Shown: positions 15,830 through 33,321, counted from the first letter of the stretch. The stretch: 64,000 nt of DNA from the human T2T-CHM13v2.0 reference genome, Homo sapiens (GCF_009914755.1 NC_060941.1); one strand, 5' to 3'. Program-made: numbers and translations. Notes: generated from the sequence alone by a model not told the origin.

Positions 15830-16315
15830 TAGGGCAGAGCGGGGACTATATTCTGGCTTCCTGACTCTGAGTTCAGTAACCTTTCTAGAATACTGCCCTC
15901 CCTAAACCTACACTGCTGCAGCCTGGAGGTTCCACAAGCCCTTTCTCATAGACCCCAGCAAGGTGCTTTCTCCCTGGACCCCACTCACACCTATTTCTGG
16001 ACCTTTATTGGCAGGTGGGTCAGAGAGGACACCTGTGTGATCAGAGAAACAAAGTCTGGTGAGAGGAGCAAGTGCAGTTATGCACAGGGAGCAGCTGGTC
16101 CCTCAGACCTTGCCAGCCACTTCTGCGGTGGTTGTCGGTCTTGGAAAAGCTCCATCTTCAGAGGGGTTTGTGCCCAGCAGCTGATCTCTGCCTGTAATCT
16201 TCAGAGGGCACCAGTTCTTACCAGACAATAGCTGTCTATGACCTCAAGCCAGGCCTAGGACAAAGTGGAGACGTCCTGTGAGGCAGGCAGGCCTCTGTCT
16301 CAGCATCACCAATAG

Positions 16316-16785
<470 letters not shown>

Positions 16786-16829
16786 TGAACCTTTCTGGTC
16801 ATTTGCTTCCCTGATTGAGAGATGAGTCA

Positions 16830-17020
16830 GCATTCATATATTCATTCATTCATTCATTCAGATATTAATTCAACATATAATTTGATGAGTCCCTAAGAGA
16901 GCCCTAGAGACTCAGAAAGGTAATCAGACACAATCTCAGCCCTGCAGGTCTTCACAGCCTAGCAAGGGAGACAGATATGTAGACAGATGATCATGATACA
17001 GTAGAAGTATCAACAAAGAG
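16830..17020 (-). mobile_element. L2 3' end
   Basis: (TTCA)n tail, then agacacaatctcagccctgcagg..cacagcctag..gggagacaga. Confidence 0.7.
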
Positions 17021-17243
17021 CTTCTGAGCTCATGTCAAAGCCATCTCCCTTGAACACAGATGAGAGAGGGAGGATATGGGGATCAATAGTTACTTCCTTA
17101 GAAGTCATGGAAAAAGCACGTAGGAGACAAGGGTGAGCTGGATGACCTTGGGCAAGTTATGTAACTTCTCTGAGTTTCAATTCTCTCATCTATAAGATAG
17201 GATGATAAAACCTATGTTGCAGAGTTATGTTGTAAGAATAATG

Positions 17244-17571
<328 letters not shown>

Positions 17572-18468
17572 TCATTGAGCCAATGTCTTACACATAATAG
17601 ATCCTAAGAGGGCAAAGGAGCCACGACAAATGTTGAATTGTATTTTTGGGAAACCTAAGTGTCACAGGAACAGCTCACTGTAACAGCAACCGGTATTTAT
17701 TAGTGCCCAGTAAATGCTTGACCCACTGATGGGCCTTGGCCCAGTAGCTAAGGCTGAGAGACCTTTACTGCACCTGGCCTTCGCAGAAGTTGGTCTGTGG
17801 ATGGGGAGAGCCTGAACCTGCCTGAGGACTGAACCTGACTGAGGTCCTGAACCTGAGCACAGGACCTCAGTTACCTGGCCACTGTGGTCATCCCAGGGGC
17901 ACCCAGAACAGACCGGAGTTCTTCCTCAGGCACATCACTGCCCCAGCTTTCAGCCTGGTGTCATTTTCAGCCCATTTCTTTTTCTCACCAAGTTGACTCA
18001 GCAAACTTCCCTTAGGTTCCCTTGCCCTTTAGGCAAGTCTGCTTCCACTAAAGTCCGCAGGCCTTGTGTGTGCTCTGTACGTTCACAGCAGCGATTCCTT
18101 CCCAGGGCTAGGAGGGGGACTTTCCCCTCTGGCCTAACATGCTGAATCGTCCTTTCCAGGGCACACTCGCAATGTGTCTATAGTCAAGGTCCCTAATGTT
18201 GCAGGAGCACTTCTTCCCCTCTGACTCAGAACTACTATTTTCTGCCTGTTGGGTCTCATCAAAGGGTCTGGGCCTTTTTTCCAGTTGTAAGACTCTCAGC
18301 AATGACGCCAAGATGCCCTTTGGCCACTGCTCTTCTACAGCTGCCTCAGCTCAGAGCTCCGGGGAGTCAGGGTCCCTGTGAGTCAGGTTTTGCAGGAGAG
18401 CATCCACTCCCTAGGACTGTGCCTTCTCCTCTGGGTGCTGACTGACTTCTCTGAGAAATGCTCTTCTG

Positions 18469-18597
18469 GGCCAGGTGCAATGGCTCATCCTAGCACTATG
18501 GGAGGCTGAGGCAGGAGGATCGCTAGAGGCCAGAAGTTCAAGACCAGCCTGGGCAACAAAGCAAGACCCCATCTCTAGAAAAAATCAGAAAAAAAGA
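18469..18597 (+). mobile_element. FLAM/Alu monomer
   Basis: Single monomer with an A-rich tail. Confidence 0.8.
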
Positions 18598-19689
18598 ATT
18601 GCCTTTCTGGCTTTGAGAGTTAATTGCCTTTCATAGAAACTGGAAGCAAGGGAGAAAAAGCAGCTTCTGGTTGTATTTTCTTCTCAGAAATCTATAAACT
18701 CCAATCTGGCCAAAAACGCAAAGCACCAGAGTCTGAGCTGGAGAGTGGGCACCTGAGAGGGTACCGCCCAGCCTAGCAGCTGTGGCTGCCTGCCAGATTG
18801 ACAGCTGTCTTTAGACCTCACCCCAAGGGGCTGCCAGCCCCCCACCTCGGGGAGCCCTCGCTCCCAGCCCCCTTTCCATACTTTTCAGATACAGGGCGTG
18901 TCGGCTTTCCTTTCGCGCCTCCAGCTCCAGAGGCCCTGGCCCAGTGGTGCTGCTCTGGATCAAGGCCTCGCTAAACTCCCAGCTCCCTGGTTTGCAAAGC
19001 AAACTTCAGCCTTTTACTATTTACCTTGGCAAGTCCAGGACCGGATTGATGATCTGTAAAGTGGATTTGTTATTTGGCTGTTTGCTTTGGCAGCTCTTGA
19101 AAGCACTTTGCTGATTACAGTCCCAGATGTCATTGCATACATTACCCTGCTCTATAACGGGGCTTTGAACACTTTAATTTGAACTACAAATACTATTAAG
19201 CTTTTTGCACCTCTTCTGCCTTTAGTTCTTGGATATTAAATATCGGAACAGACAGCCTGCATTCTCTTAGGCTTCTTTCCCCTGGTCTTTGTCAGCGTCC
19301 TCCCACGGAGAGCTTCAAGCTTTCTTCCTGTTCTCTGTGGGTCTTTCTAGAAACCTTACCCACCTATGCCCACCTCTAGCCCAGCTACGCTGGCAGCAGC
19401 CTTGCCAGTTTTCACATAACAGGCTTTCTAGTTTGGAAGGTGCACTGTGTTCATGCCAAGCCTGGCTTCCCCGCAGTCACAATCCTTTGTACTTTGTACT
19501 GGGGCTTCATTTCATTCATCCACAGGGGTGCTGTATCCATTTTTTGTTTGTTTGTCTTAATGTTACTGACAACTTTGTTTGGGGAAAGCTAGATTTGGGG
19601 GCATGAATGTGTCATGTCATTTTGCCCAGAGAGGAAAAGTCTTGCCCAAGGTTACACAGAAAAGGCAGCAGCAGAACTTTATCCTTTCT

Positions 19690-20048
<359 letters not shown>

Positions 20049-21747
20049 TTATTTAAATCGCCTCACCCGAGTGGAACAGGGACGTGAGCCATGTCAGTGT
20101 CTGTAAATAGAGGCAGTTGCAGGTTCACGTATCTTGGGAAGTTATTGGTGGAGAGCACTGGTGTTCCTGGCTAATGTGGGGTCTGTGATTCAGTGTTCTC
20201 CCAGGTCAGTGCTGCTTCCGTTGTAAATAAACCATTAGCTGGGGGCCTCACCTCAGGAAGCAATTTAAGGCCCAAGAGAGGTGGCCAAAGAAGTCAGCTT
20301 GCAGCCTCTAGGAGGAGACGCTTGGCTTTGCCCACAGCCCTCGGCCCCAGGTCTTCCTCTTGGAGCAACAAAATGCTCCCAGGGATCCTCCTGCCAAGAT
20401 CCTGCCAGGCTTCCCTCGCCTTTGATTTGCCAAATTCCATGTGAACAGCCTCTGCGTCTGTTACTCTCCGAAGAAAATTACAGTTTCTAGTACACCTAAA
20501 CTGAATGTTGGTGGGATTGTTTTTATTGTTTTTTTTTCCTTTTTCTTTTTGCGCTCACCCCTTAAAGGTCGTTTCTGATCTACTCCCTCTCCTCTAGCCT
20601 TAAAGTGTCCACTAGGTTCTTGGCTGAAACCTTTCAGCATTTCACAAGGTGTTAGAGACAGAGAAAGCCTCCTTGTTATGGAGAATTTGTGGTGTGCCTG
20701 TGAATATTTCCACCAGTCCTGCAAGGAAGATAGTTCTATCCCATTTTATAGTTGAGGAAACCAAGGCTCGGTGAGGTAAAGCGCTTCATCCAGTACCCCA
20801 CAGCTCTAGGGTATTGTTAGTCTGGGTTCTGACTTAGGAACTGCAGCGTCCCTTCTGTGTTGTGAGCAACTCAAAGTTAGGTCGAATGTCACGCTTAATG
20901 TTGTATCTCAGTGACTAACCCTGGGCCCGGCTTATGTTATGTTAGGTGCCCCATAAATATTTGTTGGATGAATAACCATAAATCCACTCAAGTGGTTCTG
21001 ATTTTAAGTGACTGTGTCATCCCTGTGGCCAGTCTCTGGCGGGGGCGGTAGGGGACAAACACTTTCAACTTTGAAATATTTCAGTTGAAGAAGTTAATTC
21101 ACTTTGTAAGTTTACTTTAGGAGTAGAGATTATTGCAGTATTTTTGGCCACCGCTCTCAAATTCTTCTAAACCTTTACTATAATAAGCAAATTCAGCAGA
21201 TTAAGGACATACTTAACTGCCAAATGGTGTTCTGAACTGTGTAAAGTTACCAGAGTCGCTTTTTTTTTTCTTATATAAAAGATTGTGTGGGTTCTGTGAA
21301 CTTCTCTGCTTTTTTTAGCTCTTCCTGTTTTATTGTGTTTGAAGTATCTTTGTGGTGACCTGTTGGGATTGGATTCTTCCATATGGAAGTGTTTCTTTAA
21401 CTTTTTAATCATTTCTTTTGGGAAGTAGGTTAGGGGTAGCAGATGTTGTTCTGGCATTGTTTGCCGAGTGGAGGTAGGGGCTTTTGGATCTGTGAGTCAG
21501 GCCAAAGCCAGCCTGGAAGAAGAAGGCTGTCCCAGGGGTGGGAGGCTGCCCATCACTGTTGGATCTGGCAGTGCAGGCCCGCGTGGGAGTCGTAGCTCCC
21601 TGTGTCCTCACTCTGAGTAACGCCTTTTCCATTTCCTAGGAAGAATACATTTTCCCCTGTGACACTGAAAAGTTATTTTTTTTCAGTGTCCCAAGGCAAA
21701 TTCTTATCAGTCCTCAAATGGGAAGCCTATCTGGTGCCCTTACTGGG

Positions 21748-21774
21748 AAAAAAAAAAAAAAAAAAAAAAAAAAA
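21748..21774. repeat. A27 homopolymer not attached to a recognisable Alu
   Basis: Seen directly. Confidence 0.9.
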
Positions 21775-22342
21775 GCAGAAAGGAAAAACAGCAAATAAGA
21801 TGAACTCTTCTTTCTCCCCCTTCATGGCAGTCAAGTCCCTCTTCATACCCCATTTCTTAGTGGGCCAAAGTTTAACATCTTGGTTTTGGGAAAAAAAAAA
21901 ATTCACAAAGACCCATCTGCCTCTCCCATTTTCTCATGTTCTTTTGGACTCTATTACTCAATCAGTGACATGTGACCCCCTGGGAAGGTTGTTCTGTGGA
22001 GGATGCAGAAACTGACGATTGGCAGTCATCTTCCCAGCTCTCGGCTTCAACCCTGATTCTGACAGTGGCAGGCGCCACTTGCCCTTGGTCGGTTTTACTC
22101 CCTGCCCCTAGTGCCCACCTCTCCTTCATCCCAGGTCACACCCAAAAGCCAATGAAGAAAGGGTTTTGGTTTGGTGAGTGCACTGGCTCCCTTGGATCCA
22201 GGGGATAAGGATACAATGGGAAGGCCCATGAAGCCGCCTAAAGGAGCTCAAACTAGCATTTCCCTTGGCATTCTATTCCTTTCTTGACCAGACCAAGGCT
22301 TTGCAGGTAAACTAGGGAATCTCAGCATCTAAAGACTGAGGA

Positions 22343-24230
<1,888 letters not shown>

Positions 24231-24874
24231 ATTTCCCCAAATACGGCAGTTTAGAATTTACAGAGAGAGCGAGCGTATGGACACTTCCTGTTCTATCTGA
24301 TCCTTTCAGTAACCCTTCAAGTGGAGAGGCAGGTACATTATCCCTGTTAGGCACATAAAGACACTGAAGCTGGTGGAGCCGGAACACTGGTGCAGTGGCA
24401 CTCAGCCCGCTGCTGATGGATCCTGGTCTTCTGACTCCAAGTTCAGTGCTCTTTCCACAGCATCATACTGCCTGCCTTTAGGAGGCCAGCAGTCCCTCCA
24501 CAGAACCCCTAAAATCACACTCGATTGACAGTTGCAACTGAAAAGCACACCCAGTCCAAAGCCGCAATGGTTGTTATCACGCTGCTTCCATAAAGTGAGA
24601 TTCAGCCCCCAAAGATGGGTTCAGGGAGTGGCAATCATCCGGCCTTTTCTCTGCGATACCCAAAATATCTTAAAGTCAGTAGCCAGTACTAGGACACAAG
24701 TGGGTACTCCCTTTCAGGGATGATTTGGATAACAATTTTTGGATGGAAATCATAGTTTTAAGAAAGTTCCGAGGCCACAACTTTCTAGATATGATAGACA
24801 GAAAAGTGATTATGAGACGTGGACAGGCAGTGGGGGCAATCATGAACTTCGGACAGTGGTTTAGGGCTTGGTTC

Positions 24875-25337
<463 letters not shown>

Positions 25338-25600
25338 TGATCCTCAGGCCCAGTGAGTGAGGCAGCGTGGCAGTCCAGGACCTCCCAACGCCGAGCACAT
25401 CCTCTCTCCTTCCTCGCTGGGGCAGATGCTTACACAGGTAGAGAGCCCAAGCCCAGGCTAGCAGCCTCAGTTGCTCAGTCATGCAGCAGGCGTATGCTGA
25501 CCCCCTGTTACAGTCCTGGGCAGACAGAGATGTGCACCACACTACAGAAATAAACACAGTAAAGGGCTAGAGGTTTCTATCATGTACTGTATGAAGAGAT

Positions 25601-25909
<309 letters not shown>

Positions 25910-26269
25910 GAGATTTTCTTTTAAAGGAAGGTGAGAGAGTAACTTCTTGGCCACCTTATCCTATTTTCCCAGGCTCCTGGGCCACCGAGGAGGGTCAATT
26001 CGTGGAGGGGTGGCACCAAATGCCTCTATCATCCCTCTCTGCCATGGCTCTTCATAAGCACGTTGGCCAAGGCTGTTGCCACACAAGGTGGGGAAGTGAC
26101 GTTTCTAAAGGTGCCATGTGGAGGAGCAGAACAAGCCCTTCAATTGTGCACCGTTGTGTATGGTGCCAGAGTAGCTTCTGAATGGAGAGAATTACACAGG
26201 TCTCCGTCCTGTTCTCTAAGTACCAATGGTCAGGCAGACACACCGACCCAGGCAGGAGCAGCGATCTGG

Positions 26270-26447
26270 CCATGGTTTATAGCAACAGGGAGTGCATCAG
26301 AATCACCTGATGAGCTTTTTAAAGATACAGATGCCCAGGCCCCAAACTTTTGCCCCAGAAGTTCTGACTCTAGTCTGGAGTGGGCCTTGTAGCTCCATGC
26401 ATTTGAAAAACTCACTTGATGTGAGGCCCCTTGGAGAAGTACTGGTT
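26270..26447. mobile_element. MER5-type (hAT-Charlie) DNA transposon remnant
   Basis: gcatcagaatcacctg..gagctttttaaagatacagatgcccaggccc...gtctggagtgggcc. Confidence 0.75.
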
Positions 26448-27773
26448 GAGGAAGCGTATGCAGAGGTTTGAGCCAAACAACTGGATGGCAAGGCAACAGA
26501 CATCCCACTGCCGTTCCTCTGCCACCTCTGAGTGTGATCAGATGTCTCTCCTGTCAGATTCCCTTTCCAATATTATCCTCCAGGAACTTGTGATTATCCT
26601 CTGTCTAAGTCAAAAGCAGCTTAATTCCTCTAAAAACAGTGCCCGTTGGGCATTTTGCCTGGAGAGAGAGAAGCAAATCTGTGTCAGCGTTCTTTGCTCA
26701 GTTCTGCTCTGCAGCCCCCATGGCGACACCCTCTCTCTTTGGACCACCTCCTCCCCTTTCGCTTCCTTCCACACAGTCCAGTGCTTTGTTAGGTACCTGC
26801 ATCCCAGCAGGACTGGGGACCTGGCTGGATGTGGGCTTGGGTAGAGTTGGCCAGATGAAATGTGGTTGGCAAGAAGGTCCTGAGTGTGCTGAGACAGGCA
26901 AGAGTCAGTAATAAGATCAGAGAGTAGAAGACTAGGGCCAGGAGCGTGGGACAGGCTAAGGATGCCGGCTAGCCCCCAATCCCAGAGAGCATGCAGCTGA
27001 GTCTAAGAGAGGCTTCACTGATACCCATAAGGAGGCGGAATATGCAAACCCTCTTTGCTTAGGAGAACCTGAGTTCACCTGCCAAAATCATCCTTTGACA
27101 TTAAAAAAAAAAAATCCCCTTGCTTTTAAAGAGCCAACCTCTTACCAGTTGCTTCTCTTTTGTCAGAGACATGGGCCTCTTCAACCAAGTCTCTGGGTCT
27201 TCTTGTCAAGACTAATTTCCTTTTAGGCCCAGCTTCATCTTCACGGGGACTTTCTTCCATCTGTGCACTGATGTTAGTGTCCCGTTGTCATTTAAGTCCT
27301 TGATTCTCTGAGACCACTATAGAGACTTTAAAGAAGGTGGGTCCTAAGTTTTGAGGGTACCATGGAGAGCAAAGTAGATGATATCTCTGCCCCCATGGGG
27401 CTTATATTCTAGAGGAGGAAACAGCCAGCAGTGGCAGTAGTGTGTTACATGCTGATAGGGCAGGTTCAGGGCACCTGACCTAACCTAGGAGAGGATCAGA
27501 AAAGGCTTCCCAGAAGTTCGATTTAAGCTGCAGTTGAGGGATGAGCAAGGCGAAGATGTAAAGGCCCTGGGGTGAAAGGAAGGAGGTTGTTGGAGGGACT
27601 GAGGGAGGTTCATCATGGCTTACCAAAAGGAAGGGAGTGGGAGAGATGAGCCATGGGAAGCCAGCAGGGCCCAGGTCATTAAGTAAGGGACAACCATGGC
27701 GAGGAGTTGCAATGTCACTCCAGCCCCTTGTTTGCCACCATGGACAGGTATTTTATGATTCCTGGATCGGAAA

Positions 27774-27814
27774 TACACACACACACACACACATACACAC
27801 ACACACACGCACAC
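27774..27814. repeat. (CA)n microsatellite, interrupted
   Basis: Seen directly. Confidence 0.95.
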
Positions 27815-29943
27815 CCCTCACAGAAAAATAGCCACTCTGTCCCTTCTCATGCGGAGGAAGCACAGGGTAATCTGGATTATAAACCATCCGCCTGGGGCAG
27901 AGCTCGCCTGCTGTCATCATCTTCCTCCACCTCGGGATGCCACTCAGCCTCACACAGCACCAGCTCTCTGATGAAGAAAAGAAGTGACAAGGGCAAAATC
28001 AAAAACTCTCCAGAATGTATTCAGAGGGAAACTAAAGCCGGGAAGAGCTGTTCTCTTGTTCCCAGCCAACACTCACACTCCTGCCTGCTCTCATCAGAGG
28101 AGACTCCGCTTCCGCTATGCCTGACTGGCTGGCTGGGCGATTCTTTGGGGGCTGTGTTTTGTGCTTGTCACTCCCGCCCTGGGTCACTTTTAGGATGTGT
28201 GGACTGCTGAATCTTTAAAGGAAAGAATGAGCAAGGGAATCTCAGAGGCAGTTAGTTGGCAGGTTGTTTGCTGAGAATGAGGAAAGAGTTGTGACAGGCT
28301 TGGGGAGCTTGAGGAGAGGAAGAAATACAGGAGGGAAGTAGCCGGGAACCCATGGAAAAATGAAGGAGGGAGGGAGGAAGGAAGGGAAAGAAGGAGGGTA
28401 GGCTGAGGAGCAGGGAGCGCCTAGCTGTTAAATTTGTCATGGTGCCATTTGACACAGCATGTGCGTTTTGTGTAGCACAGCTCAGCAGCCTGGATGGTTC
28501 ATCTTGATGGGTTTGGCAAAGCGGAAGTGGCAGATAGGCTAGGAGGAGCAGAGGTGGGGACTTTACGGTGGACTTAGTGAGGGTGTTAGAGGACCTATGA
28601 GCCCCAAACACGGGGATGGGCAGTGAAGGAGTGGCACCAGGAGGAAGCCAGTAGATTGGGATGATAGGGAGGACTCCAGGGGCAAGCAGGCTCCTTGAGG
28701 CCAAACAGCATGATTAGAATAAGGAAGTGAGTGGGAGAGACAAATAGGAAGTTTTATGATGAATATGTGGGCTTTCTAAGCTTAAAATCCTAGAAGGGCC
28801 AATTGTAGACGATGAGTGAGTTGAGTGAGTTGCTGGAGTGAAGGTGAAGGTCGTTGGTGTGCGGACTGGAGGTCAGTGAATTTAAGGCCAAAGGTGTTGG
28901 CTTGGTCATGCACCTGACATCATACTTTTAGTGCTTGGCAGGAGTGGTTGAGAAGGTAACAGCGGGGTAGGTGCCATAATCCTTGTTGAAGTCGAGGAGT
29001 TGACTTAGAAGGCCTGCAGAGTCCAGTGACAAGGATGTTTGGGACAGATTTTGTGAGCTCTGAGCTTCTCTCCTGACTGGAAGATCATTTCTTTGGAAGA
29101 GGTGATGTCATCCACAAAGAGCATTTGTATTCCTTTGGAGAAGAAGTACTTCCTTTTATTGTCAGGTCATTTTAGCATGATTGAAAAATCAGGAGAAAAC
29201 TTTTTTAAATGCCTGAAAGGAATGTTATATGAGATGTCTAAAGTTCTGGCCTCCGGTTCCAGCTCTGTGGCCTAATACAAAGTCACTTTATACCTCAGCT
29301 TCTTTCTGAAACGGAAGAGCTGCCTGGGGCTGTTGTGAGGCTCTGTGGGATAGCAGCACATTCAAGCATTGACTGTGTATCAGGTGCTGTGCTGAGCATG
29401 TTCATTGAAGTCTTACTATTTTTAGTATTCCCATTTTATAGCTGTATAAATTGAGCCAAGAGAGGTAAATAATTTACCCAGGGCTATGTAACTATTAAAT
29501 GACAGAACAAGGGCCTTGAAGCCTGAGCCTTTAACCATTTCCTATACTGCCTCTGTTAGGCTCTGCAAATCTAAAAATAAGATAAAGCAATCAGTGCCAA
29601 GTGTAGGAGAAGGCATGAAGGCAAGCCACTTCACCACAGTCTCATCTACGCTGTGTTAGAGGGTTAGCATGTGCTGTGGGGATGTGGTAGAGGGACTGGT
29701 TCCTCATCCAGGGTGACTCCAGGAAGGCTTCCCAGAGGAGCTTGCACTTGGGCTAAGTCTCAAATCTGCAGAAGGCAGTTCGTCATGTCACTTGGTCACT
29801 TGGCACCTCTTCTCATGTTGGTCTGAAATATGCCAGATCACTGACCTCTCCCTGTGTCCTGTTTTGCCCCTTGGGGACACAGAAAAATTGATTCCCTTTT
29901 CTATAAAATCACTCTCTAAATATTGGATTTTTGTTTTAACAAA

Positions 29944-30302
<359 letters not shown>

Positions 30303-30334
30303 TAAACAACCTTGATTTCTTCCCTCCCTTCTTC

Positions 30335-31480
30335 CTGCTAGGTGCCAGGAACTGAGGCACTGTGCTGTGCACTGGGGACAGAGATCTAAAAAATGAAAAG
30401 CCAGATGCTGCCCAGCAGGAACTTACAGTCTAGTGGGAAGAATAGGGCCATAAAATATTTTATTGCTTTTGTCTGTCTCCTTTACCAAATTTCCCATCAT
30501 CCAGCATAGCGACTGGTGCACAATAGACATCTGTTTTGTCTGTTGTGGAATTGGTGACTCTAGGTGCTATGTGAAGGTAAGCCTAGGGTGTTGTGGGGGC
30601 CGGTAGGAAGACCTAAGTCAGACCCAGAAGGGGAGTGGTAGACTTTTCCGGCTGACCTAAGTCCTCAAAGATGAATAGGACTTCACCAGGGAAGGCATTC
30701 CAGGCAGAGGGAGCAGCAGATGCACAGACACAGGGGCAAGGCGCAAGGTGGGGTGTAGCGTTCAGAGTCTGGAAAGCTGCTAGAGGCCAGATGATAGACA
30801 GTTGTGCTAAGAAGATTGGGCTTAATCCTGAGGGCAGATGAGTAAAATGTTCAGATTCACATTGTAGAAAAGGTCACCCAGGTGGCACTAGGAAGAATGA
30901 ATTGAAGGGAAGCCACATTAATAGGCGGAAAGACCAGTTTAAAGATTGCTAGAATAATCCCAATGAGAACTGGTAAGAGCCTAAGCCCAGTGGCTAAGGA
31001 AAGTAGGAGACAAATTCAAGAGGGCTTGGGAAGTAAAATCCACAGGACTTACTGGTCAGCTGGATGGACGGGCGATGTTTGGGCCAATGAGAAGATGGTG
31101 TTGCCACCCACCTAAGTAGGGATAGAGAAGGAAGAGCAAGGGCTGGAGAAGTTAGGTCATGAATTTGTTTGGGAGATGTTGAGTTGGAGGTGCCTGTGGA
31201 ACATCCAAGTGAGGGTGCTTGGTCTTACGCAGATGGTTTTGGAGCCCAGGAGAGACCTGAGTTAGAGGTGCAGTTTTGGAAGTCAGTAGCATATAGGTAG
31301 TACTGGGTATTTGTAAGCGTTAGAGTAGCTGAACTCACCCAAGAATAGTTTACAGAGAAAGAAGAGAAGAGGACTGAGGGCACCAAAATTTGAGTTGCAG
31401 AGAGAATAAAGCGAGGCCTTGGGAGAGACTTGGGAGCGGTCAGAGAGGGAAGAGGAAAACTGAGGAAGCTAGGGAGTAGT
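30335..31480 (-). mobile_element. L2 fragments
   Basis: ggaacttacagtctagtggg; ggcattccaggcagagggagcagc; gttgagttggaggtgcctgtggaacatccaagtg; gagaagaggactgagggcacc. Confidence 0.8.
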
Positions 31481-31565
31481 CAGCAATTTCCCAATGAAGT
31501 CAACTTGCTTTATAGAGTCTGGGTTGCCCACAAGGGACCACATCATTGTACCTAAGCTGCCATGA

Positions 31566-31912
<347 letters not shown>

Positions 31913-31962
31913 CTCTTGGGCAGAGATTCTTAAGGCTGGATTTGAGGACCCGTGCTTTGGAG

Positions 31963-32100
31963 CAGTGGTTCCCAAAATCCCTGGATAAGAATCCAGTCCT
32001 ACCCTAGAATCACTGTGCTGGAATATCCAGAAGGGCCTGAGAATTCATTTGCTCAGTAAGCATTCCAAGTGCTTCTTCTCATGAGGGAAGTCTGGGAGTG
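31963..32100. mobile_element. MER5-type remnant
   Basis: cagtggttcccaaa...agtaagcattccaagtgcttctt..aagtctggga. Confidence 0.55.
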
Positions 32101-32305
32101 ACTCCAGACCATAGGTTCTTTCCAACTGCACAAATCACACCCCCACTCTCCCACCCTACACCCTAATACCCTCCAACCTAAAGTTCTTGAGAATCCCCAT
32201 GATCATGAGCCACTGTTACTGATGGAACCATGTCATGAATCCCTCAGATGTGTGGGATGGAAATGCTAACCCACTGACCGAACAGAGTTTCTGAACAACT
32301 GAGTG

Positions 32306-32366
32306 GGAAATTCTGCACTTAGATTATTGGTCCAGTGGAAATTCTGCACTTAGATTATTGGTCCAG
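32306..32366. repeat. Tandem duplication, 2 x 30 bp identical (period 31)
   Basis: ggaaattctgcacttagattattggtccag at 32306-32335 and 32337-32366. Confidence 0.95.
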
Positions 32367-32402
32367 CTCTGCTTCTCCGAAAGCTTTTAGACCAGAGCCC
32401 CT

Positions 32403-32419
32403 CACTGCCCCCTGGTGTA
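32403..32419 (-). promoter_or_regulatory. Candidate CTCF motif
   Basis: Reverse complement reads TACACCAGGGGGCAGTG, close to the CTCF core CCASYAGRKGGCRS. Motif match only. Confidence 0.45.
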
Positions 32420-33006
32420 GACAGTCTGATTGCCTACTCCATTTTGTGGAATAATGGACCTGACTGTAATCCAACATGTTTTTTAAAGCTAGCATATGTT
32501 TCAAAGCTGACTATTAAAGAAGTGTGGAAGAGGTACCATATGTAGACAAAGAAGACGTTTTTGGGCAATTGCCATGGAAAGAGCTAACTCTACTTTTTTA
32601 TATATTTAAGACCTAACACTGCTTCATGTCCCCAGCAGTGGAATTCTTGAAGAATGTTTAATACATCTGCTCTCAGGAGTGATTTTGTACATAAGGCCTT
32701 CGTCTCTACCAAAGGTATTAGCATAGAAGCAGTTCAGAAGGCCAGTGCCCTTTGTGTGAAATTGCAAATTTGTGAAATTCAAACATTGTCATTCATTTCT
32801 GAATAGTTAAGATCAATAATCTCTCCTGAACAATTGGCTTTGGGACATTGTCTTTCTAGGAAAAATAGAAACATAAATTATACTCATTTAAATATTGCAG
32901 AGAGAAGGGACCTACTGAGTAGAAAACTCAGGAATGTGCCTCTAAGGAACTTAGGGACCTCTCCTTTTTTGGGTTCTTTTATTTCATTAAAAAATATATA
33001 AATTTT

Positions 33007-33277
33007 GGCTGGGTGCCATGGCTCATGGCATTACAGAGTGCTGTAATCCCCTCCACTCTGAGGTCAGGAGTTTGAGACCAGCCTGGCCAACATGGTGAAA
33101 CCCCGTCTCTACTAAAAATACAAGAATTAACTGGGTATGGTGGCACACACCTGTAATCCCAGCTACTCAGGAGGCTAAGGCAGGAGAATCACTTGAACCC
33201 AGGAGGCGGAGATTGCAGTGAGCCAAGATCGTGCCACTGCATTCCAGCCTGGGCGACAGAGCGAGACTCTGTCTCAA

Positions 33278-33320
<43 letters not shown>

Positions 33321-33321
33321 A
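33007..33321 (+). mobile_element. AluS with rearranged 5' end and (TAAA)n tail
   Basis: Alu consensus from gaggtcaggag onward; the 5' part is altered. Confidence 0.9.

Noticed and set aside
18015-18040. Pyrimidine tract + AG + GCAAGT as a possible recursive splice site
   Set aside because: It would need a GC donor, and such motifs arise by chance in 50 kb of intron.
27707-28704. Long ORFs of 167 aa (+) and 150 aa (-)
   Set aside because: They overlap a CA repeat and purine-rich L2-like sequence, and show no known domain or exon structure.
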